This document shows, in pieces, positions 47,486-52,856 of a stretch of 52,856 nt of DNA (its first letter is position 1; each line of letters opens with the position of its first letter). The notes under the pieces were generated by a model. That model made no database searches, had not been told where the DNA came from, and saw only the letters and a program-made list of their open reading frames with translations. The position numbers and the translations under genes were made by a program. Location: positions 1 through 52,856 of the forward strand of contig CANLGW010000002.1 of the NCBI GenBank assembly GCA_947490395.1, written 5' to 3'. This DNA comes from Alphaproteobacteria bacterium. Lineage in GTDB: Bacteria; Pseudomonadota; Alphaproteobacteria; Paracaedibacterales; CAIOTO01.

Positions 47486-47947
47486 ATGATTAAAATGCAT
47501 ACATGTTGTGACGATACACTTCAATTTAATCCTGTATCAACAGGTACTCTGACTACACGCCTTGGAGAAATTTTATTCATGTCTGACGATGTTTATATCT
47601 TCAGCACTGGATTAGCTGGTTTTAGGGAATATACAACGTTTGTACGAGCGCCTATACCACATGTACCAAAGCATCTTAATTACGGCATGTTGCAATCACT
47701 TGAAAATGCTGATTTATCTTTTATTTTATTTTATCCTACGCTGGATGCAGATCAGCATGCACACATATTAGGTAACGTGCGTTCATCAGCGGGAAATGAA
47801 CAGATTCACAAAGAAGATATAGATATTGCCTTTTTGGTTATTATTAATAAAGAGGACACGCAGAAAACAAACGTTACACTTGTTCAAGATGCACCACTTG
47901 TATTTATAAAGAAAACACAAACGGCATGGCAAATTGTTCTTTTATGA
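47486..47947 (+). CDS. fliW: flagellar assembly factor FliW
   Basis: IFSTGLAGFREYTTFV...MLQSLENADLSFILFYP and C-terminal DAPLVFIKKTQTAWQIVL follow the FliW pattern. Confidence 0.8.
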   Translation: MIKMHTCCDDTLQFNPVSTGTLTTRLGEILFMSDDVYIFSTGLAGFREYTTFVRAPIPHVPKHLNYGMLQSLENADLSFILFYPTLDADQHAHILGNVRSSAGNEQIHKEDIDIAFLVIINKEDTQKTNVTLVQDAPLVFIKKTQTAWQIVLL

Positions 47948-48036
47948 TTTTTATAAAACCCTAACTTGGGTTACAAAGAAAAATATTTCTTTTTTTTAGA
48001 ATTTGTATTGTGCGCGTAGATCTTTAGCCTTAAAAA

Positions 48037-49485
48037 TTAATCCCGCCAGAAGGATGGCATGAATAATACTAGAACCGTTAATAATTCAAGTCTTCCTAGA
48101 ATCATACCAAACATCATAATCGTTTTTGATCCAGTGCTAATGTTTGCAAAATTACCGTGTGGACCTATAACTGAACCAAGACCTGGCCCTACATTTCCGA
48201 GAGATGCTGAAGCACCGCTGATACTCGAGACAAAATCAAGACCCATCGCAGAAAGGGCAGAGGCAATAAAAACTATTGATAAGCAATAAAGGATCAAAAA
48301 TGTAAACACAGAAAAGGCAACAGTTTCTGTAATTTTATGATTTTGGTACATGGGAACATAAACACCATAGGGACGTCGTAATTGGTGGAGGTGACTTTTA
48401 GCAAGTTGGTAGAGGACTTGAAAGCGAAATATTTTTATACCGCCTGTTGTAGAGCCTGTGCACCCTCCGCAAAAACTGAGCATAAAAAAGAGAAGTGATG
48501 AGAATGAACCCCATGTACTATAATCACATAATGAATAGCCCGTAGATGTGATAATTGAAATACTCGCAAAGCTACAATACCTCAATCCGTTTAAAAATGA
48601 TTGATTTTGTGTGCAATAATACCACAATGTTAGCAAGGCAATGGTGGCAATAGTAAGATAAGCATAAACACGTAATTGACTATCCCTAACCGTTTTCCAA
48701 TCACCATTCCAAAGACGCACATACAAAATAAGGGCGCTTCCCCCAATAAACATGAAAAAACATAAAATGGTTTCAATTAAAGGACTATTAAATGCCGCAA
48801 TCGAGGCATCTTTTGTTGACATGCCGCCTGTTGAAATAGCCGTCATCGCATGACAAATAGCATCAAACGTAGACATGCCTGCAAGATTAAGCATTAAAAA
48901 ACAAACAAGAGTGAAACAAATATAAGTTGTAAGAATAGCCGTTGCAATTTGCGACACACGTGGGAGAATTTTTTCAGATCGATCTGAAAATTCACTGTGA
49001 AAAAGCTGCATACCCCCAATGCGCAAAGCCGGAAAAATAGTCATTGCCATTACGATGATCCCAACACCACCAAGCCATTGCAAAATAGATCGCCATAATA
49101 ATATACCTTTTGGCATCGTGTCGAGTTTGATGAGAACTGTTGATCCTGTCGTTGTTAAAGCTGATACTGCTTCAAAGCACGCATCAACAAAACTAATGTT
49201 AAGCTTAGAACAATAAAATGGCAACCCAGCACATATTGACATGCTAACCCAAATAAGTGTGGTTGTAATAAACGCTTCACGTGTACCGAGTTGAATTTTT
49301 CCATCGGGTTGATTAGCAAGTGCGATCGTTGATCCAAAAAAGCCTGTGATGCAACTGCTAACCATAAATGGAAACCAATCTCCAGTTTGATAAATGAGTG
49401 CATCAATAAATAATGGGATAATCATCGTGCCAGCAAGACCACTTAATAGAATGCCAGTGATGAATAATATGGCGCGAAAACTCAT
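48037..49485 (-). CDS. trkH: TrkH family potassium uptake protein
   Basis: 482 aa, polytopic, with repeated pore-loop motifs (TTTGST, STGGMS, STGY, TGGIK). Confidence 0.9.
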   Translation of the reverse strand: MSFRAILFITGILLSGLAGTMIIPLFIDALIYQTGDWFPFMVSSCITGFFGSTIALANQPDGKIQLGTREAFITTTLIWVSMSICAGLPFYCSKLNISFVDACFEAVSALTTTGSTVLIKLDTMPKGILLWRSILQWLGGVGIIVMAMTIFPALRIGGMQLFHSEFSDRSEKILPRVSQIATAILTTYICFTLVCFLMLNLAGMSTFDAICHAMTAISTGGMSTKDASIAAFNSPLIETILCFFMFIGGSALILYVRLWNGDWKTVRDSQLRVYAYLTIATIALLTLWYYCTQNQSFLNGLRYCSFASISIITSTGYSLCDYSTWGSFSSLLFFMLSFCGGCTGSTTGGIKIFRFQVLYQLAKSHLHQLRRPYGVYVPMYQNHKITETVAFSVFTFLILYCLSIVFIASALSAMGLDFVSSISGASASLGNVGPGLGSVIGPHGNFANISTGSKTIMMFGMILGRLELLTVLVLFMPSFWRD

Positions 49486-49570
49486 GCGATACTCATAACA
49501 ATACTCTTATCTTTGACAGTATGCGATAATACATATTCTGGCAAGTATGATGCTTTGGAAATGGCATACA

Positions 49571-50878
49571 TTATGAAATGACATCCTTCGTATGTGCAAC
49601 ATGAGCAATAGTTTTATCCTTCATTAATTTCATTAAAACTGATTTAATAAGTCCCTCACGCCAGCCTGATATAAGAGGGTGATCAGGTGATGTGTGTACA
49701 ATATAATCTTCTAACAAAGCTTGAGGTGCAAGATAATGCAAAGGTATGGTGAGGCGATTTGCTTCTGTTTGGAGGTACGCCTTTGCATCTGTAAGCCGTT
49801 TTTGTTGCTCCGACGAAAAGGATATACTAAGCCCACGTTGAAGTTGTTTTCGTAGTTTTTTAATATTTTTTAACGTATGAAAATGCTTATATGTTTTATA
49901 TTGTCGTTTTTTGAAATCATGATGAAAGCATTCAGGTATCCCATCAAGTGTCGGGAAAACATTTTCTGAGGGCATGGGTATCAGTGTATCAGAGTCTGTC
50001 TTTTCATCATTAATAATTGCGTCTTCACCCGTATGCACACAATTTTGTATATGGGGCTGTGCATACGTTTGTATAAACGTTGCCATGTGTTGACATAAGC
50101 GTATAAGATCTGTATCTGCAACAACACGTGATCGATTAAGATCGTGCTGTGCAGCAAGCTGTTCGCGAAGTGCAGCAAAAGATTGGAGGAAAAAAAGTTC
50201 TTGTTCTGACTTTAATTGAGATCGTAACTTAAGCCATGCGTGCTCAGGAGATGGAATTAAGCGATTATGATCTGATAAAATCTCACAAAATTCAGATGTC
50301 CAAGATAGGCGATTCAATGCAATTAATTGATCAATAACGACAGGATAAAGTTCTTGCAACAAATAAGCATCCATGGCGGCATAAATAAGTTGCGCCGTAC
50401 GAAGAGGGCGTTTATCCCAGTTGCTGTGCTGCTCTGATTTATTTATAGTTTTATTGAGTAGCATTTCAGCTAAATCACCAAGGCCAATACTATGGCCGAA
50501 TCCTAAAAACGAAGCAGCAATTTGAAGGTCAAAGATAGGGGTGGGTAAAACTTTAAGACGTTTCCAAAATCCTTCAAGGTCTTGGCGTGCGGAGTGAAAT
50601 ACTTTAACAATCCGTGAATCATTAAAAAAAATCTTTAAGGAAGATAAATCCTGAATTGCTTGGCAATCAATAACGAGGGTAGGGTGTTTAGGGGCGCTTA
50701 TTTGAATAAGTTCGAGCTGCGGCCAATATGTTGTGCGACGCGTAAATTCAGTATCTAGGGCAATATACGGTGGTGAAGATGTATAAAGTTCAGCGATGGC
50801 TGTCTCCAAAGACGGTTTATCTTGAATATAGTGTAAGTTATGATTCGTCACAGTGATTGTCTGTTGGTTGTTTGCCAT
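49571..50878 (-). CDS. rnd: ribonuclease D
   Basis: DEDD exonuclease motifs (IALDTEF, KVFHSARQDL, YAAMDAYLL) plus an HRDC-like region. 435 aa. Confidence 0.9.
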   Translation of the reverse strand: MANNQQTITVTNHNLHYIQDKPSLETAIAELYTSSPPYIALDTEFTRRTTYWPQLELIQISAPKHPTLVIDCQAIQDLSSLKIFFNDSRIVKVFHSARQDLEGFWKRLKVLPTPIFDLQIAASFLGFGHSIGLGDLAEMLLNKTINKSEQHSNWDKRPLRTAQLIYAAMDAYLLQELYPVVIDQLIALNRLSWTSEFCEILSDHNRLIPSPEHAWLKLRSQLKSEQELFFLQSFAALREQLAAQHDLNRSRVVADTDLIRLCQHMATFIQTYAQPHIQNCVHTGEDAIINDEKTDSDTLIPMPSENVFPTLDGIPECFHHDFKKRQYKTYKHFHTLKNIKKLRKQLQRGLSISFSSEQQKRLTDAKAYLQTEANRLTIPLHYLAPQALLEDYIVHTSPDHPLISGWREGLIKSVLMKLMKDKTIAHVAHTKDVIS

Positions 50879-50947
50879 TCACTGTAGCATAATTAGTGGT
50901 TCAAATCGAGTCTAAGAATTTTTTTTCTATATACTCATTTCATATCA

Positions 50948-51136
50948 TTTTTTGAAAAAACAATCATTCAGCATCATCACGAATTTGCGTAGCAAATGTG
51001 GTGATCCAGTGGCTGCTCATGTCCAATAGCTCTTCATCCAGAAATACCTATTTTCCTGGATGGCTACACCCCTTCAGGGTTCGCGCATTCCGACGGCAAA
51101 AGTTCACAAAATCACGTGAAAGAAGGATATGTTTAT
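50948..51136 (+). repeat. composite palindromic repeat, copy B (long form)
   Basis: Aligns end to end with 29481-29663 in the same orientation. Confidence 0.8.
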
Positions 51137-51238
51137 GAAGCTTTAAGATGATCACTTTTTGTAAGGAAGTACCCAATTTTTGATGAGCACCTTATACGCA
51201 ACTTATTTTTGAACTGCTATATAATTCACAGCAATGTG

Positions 51239-52591
51239 TTAGCGTGACCCTTGTGGACGTTGGTGAGGTTTGCCAGCACCGGCTCCCTTTGTTGGTTGTG
51301 GGCGGTTATTAGGTCTCCCTTGTGATGGGGCATTCGGGCGGCGCGGCTTTTCACCGCTTCCAAAAGGACGTTTTTGATCGCCAAATTTCCCGCGAGCAGG
51401 CGTTTTACGGGCAAGTTCACGTTTCGCATCATCAACGGCTGTTAGGCGATCTGATTCTGTACCAACCGTTATGCTGATTTCAGTGGGTAGAGATTTTCGA
51501 ATAAGTTTTTCAATGTCACGTAAAAATGGCTTTTCATCTGTACTGCAAAACGAAATAGACGTACCTGTCGTATCTGCGCGCGCTGTTCGTCCAATACGGT
51601 GAATATAGCTTTCAGGAACATTTGGTAAATCAAAATTGATCACATGAGATACCGCCTCAACGTCAATACCACGTGCAGCAATATCGGTTGCAACAAGTAC
51701 GCGAATCGTGCCAGCTTTAAAATCATCGAGTGCTTTTTGACGTGCATTTTGTGATTTATTACCATGAATGGCTTCGGCTGGAATATTGTTACCGCTGAGA
51801 CGTTGACTGATTTTATTTGCGCCATGCTTCGTGCGACTAAAGACAAGTGCACGTGTAATCGTAGGATCTTTCATGATCTGAACGAGTAATGCATTCTTAT
51901 TAGCCTGCTCAACAAAGATAACACGTTGATCAATTTTTTCAGCCGTGGTTGCAACAGGGGTTACTTCAATTGTTACTGGATTTGATAAGACAGTATTAGC
52001 AAGATTTGCAATATCTGTTGGCATAGTAGCCGAAAAGAGAAGCGTTTGTCGCTTAGCTGGGATCATCTTAATGATTTTGCGTAAATCATGAATAAAGCCC
52101 ATATCAAACATTTGGTCAGCTTCATCGAGGACGAAAAAATCCAAATTTGTTAAGATGATATGCCCCTCATTTGCAAGATCTAAAAAACGTCCCGGTGTTG
52201 CTACAAGGATATCAATACCTTTTTCAAGATCATTGATTTGACGTCCTCTACCAACACCCCCAAAAATAGCAACCGTTTTAAGATCTAAGAATGTCCCATA
52301 ATTCTTAAAACTATCTGCAATTTGTGCAGCAAGTTCACGAGTCGGTGCTAAAATAAGCGCCCGTATTTCTTTTGGCTTGCGTTTTTTTGGAAATGTTACC
52401 ATGCGTTGCAATATTGGCAATGAAAAAGCCGCTGTTTTCCCTGTGCCTGTTTGTGCAAAACCAAGCAAGTCACGCCCTTCAAGCAAATGCGGTATTGCCT
52501 GTTGTTGGATAGGCGTAGGAGTCGTATACCCTTCTTTGTTAAGTGCGCGGATAAGTGGTTCAATTAAAGCAAGAGAAGTAAAGGTTGTCAT
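51239..52591 (-). CDS. rhlE: DEAD-box ATP-dependent RNA helicase
   Basis: Q motif, AQTGTGKTAAF, PTRELA, DEAD, SAT, HRIGRTAR, and a basic Arg/Gly/Pro-rich C-tail. Confidence 0.93.
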   Translation of the reverse strand: MTTFTSLALIEPLIRALNKEGYTTPTPIQQQAIPHLLEGRDLLGFAQTGTGKTAAFSLPILQRMVTFPKKRKPKEIRALILAPTRELAAQIADSFKNYGTFLDLKTVAIFGGVGRGRQINDLEKGIDILVATPGRFLDLANEGHIILTNLDFFVLDEADQMFDMGFIHDLRKIIKMIPAKRQTLLFSATMPTDIANLANTVLSNPVTIEVTPVATTAEKIDQRVIFVEQANKNALLVQIMKDPTITRALVFSRTKHGANKISQRLSGNNIPAEAIHGNKSQNARQKALDDFKAGTIRVLVATDIAARGIDVEAVSHVINFDLPNVPESYIHRIGRTARADTTGTSISFCSTDEKPFLRDIEKLIRKSLPTEISITVGTESDRLTAVDDAKRELARKTPARGKFGDQKRPFGSGEKPRRPNAPSQGRPNNRPQPTKGAGAGKPHQRPQGSR

Positions 52592-52856
52592 AAGAATTCC
52601 AATTAAAATGTTTTTTTAGTATTACTGATTGATTGTGTAAGACAGAGACTCTATACATACATTATTTTAAGGAAAAAACCTATTCTTTTTTAAGCGATTT
52701 TAAAGTCAATACCAGCAGTTCCCGCCAAGCCACACAGGTCTTGAATAATAAGGGTTTTTAAAACTATTTTTCGTAGACTTTTAAAAAAAACGGTTTATAC
52801 ATCGTGTATAACGTGCATGAAGTTATTTGAATCATGAATCAAACACGAAAGTATTT

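Noticed and set aside
1-52856. Searched for CRISPR arrays, rRNA, tmRNA, IS elements or transposases, integrases, prophage modules, toxin-antitoxin pairs and known defence-system signatures.
   Set aside because: I recognised none. The only RNA gene is tRNA-Pro. The EVE, Smr, DEAD-box and JAB proteins occur singly, in housekeeping-like or orphan contexts, not as a defence operon.

Overview
The window is a low-GC (roughly 38-40% by eye) chromosomal segment of an alphaproteobacterium. The gene content suggests a host-associated or intracellular lineage (Holosporales/Rickettsiales-like), but no organism can be assigned from sequence alone. Most of it is housekeeping: rpsF-rpsR-rplI, grx-trxB-tilS, pgi, proC, rpoH, hemC, class II ribonucleotide reductase, lptC-lptA-lptB-rpoN, hemW, pnp, glnA, dcd, murA, SCO, trkH, rnd, rhlE and tRNA-Pro(UGG). 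Three genes are alphaproteobacterial counterparts of mitochondrial proteins: an NDUFS4-like subunit, ELM1 and a Tim44-like protein. There are two flagellar loci, fliC-fliD-fliS and flgI-flgJ-flgN-flgK-flgL-fliW. I found no rRNA, CRISPR array, IS element, transposase, prophage or recognisable multi-gene defence system, and I cannot point to a clear novel multi-gene system. The findings most worth follow-up: (1) a composite palindromic repeat family (MITE/RPE-like) with at least five copies at gene boundaries, one apparently supplying the start codon of the ELM1 gene; (2) a 784-bp AT-rich intergenic region with four to six DnaA boxes and a CtrA-type TTAA-N7-TTAA site, which is a candidate oriC; (3) next to it, an orphan JAB/MPN+ metalloprotease-motif protein; (4) an orphan 595-aa secreted protein plus a repeat copy inserted inside the conserved lptA-lptB junction; (5) two textbook sigma-54 promoters in front of fliC and flgI, with rpoN in the same window; (6) a frameshift-split flgK; (7) a Gln-rich insertion of about 100 aa in the P-ring protein FlgI. 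All family assignments come from reading motifs in the translations. No database search was run.
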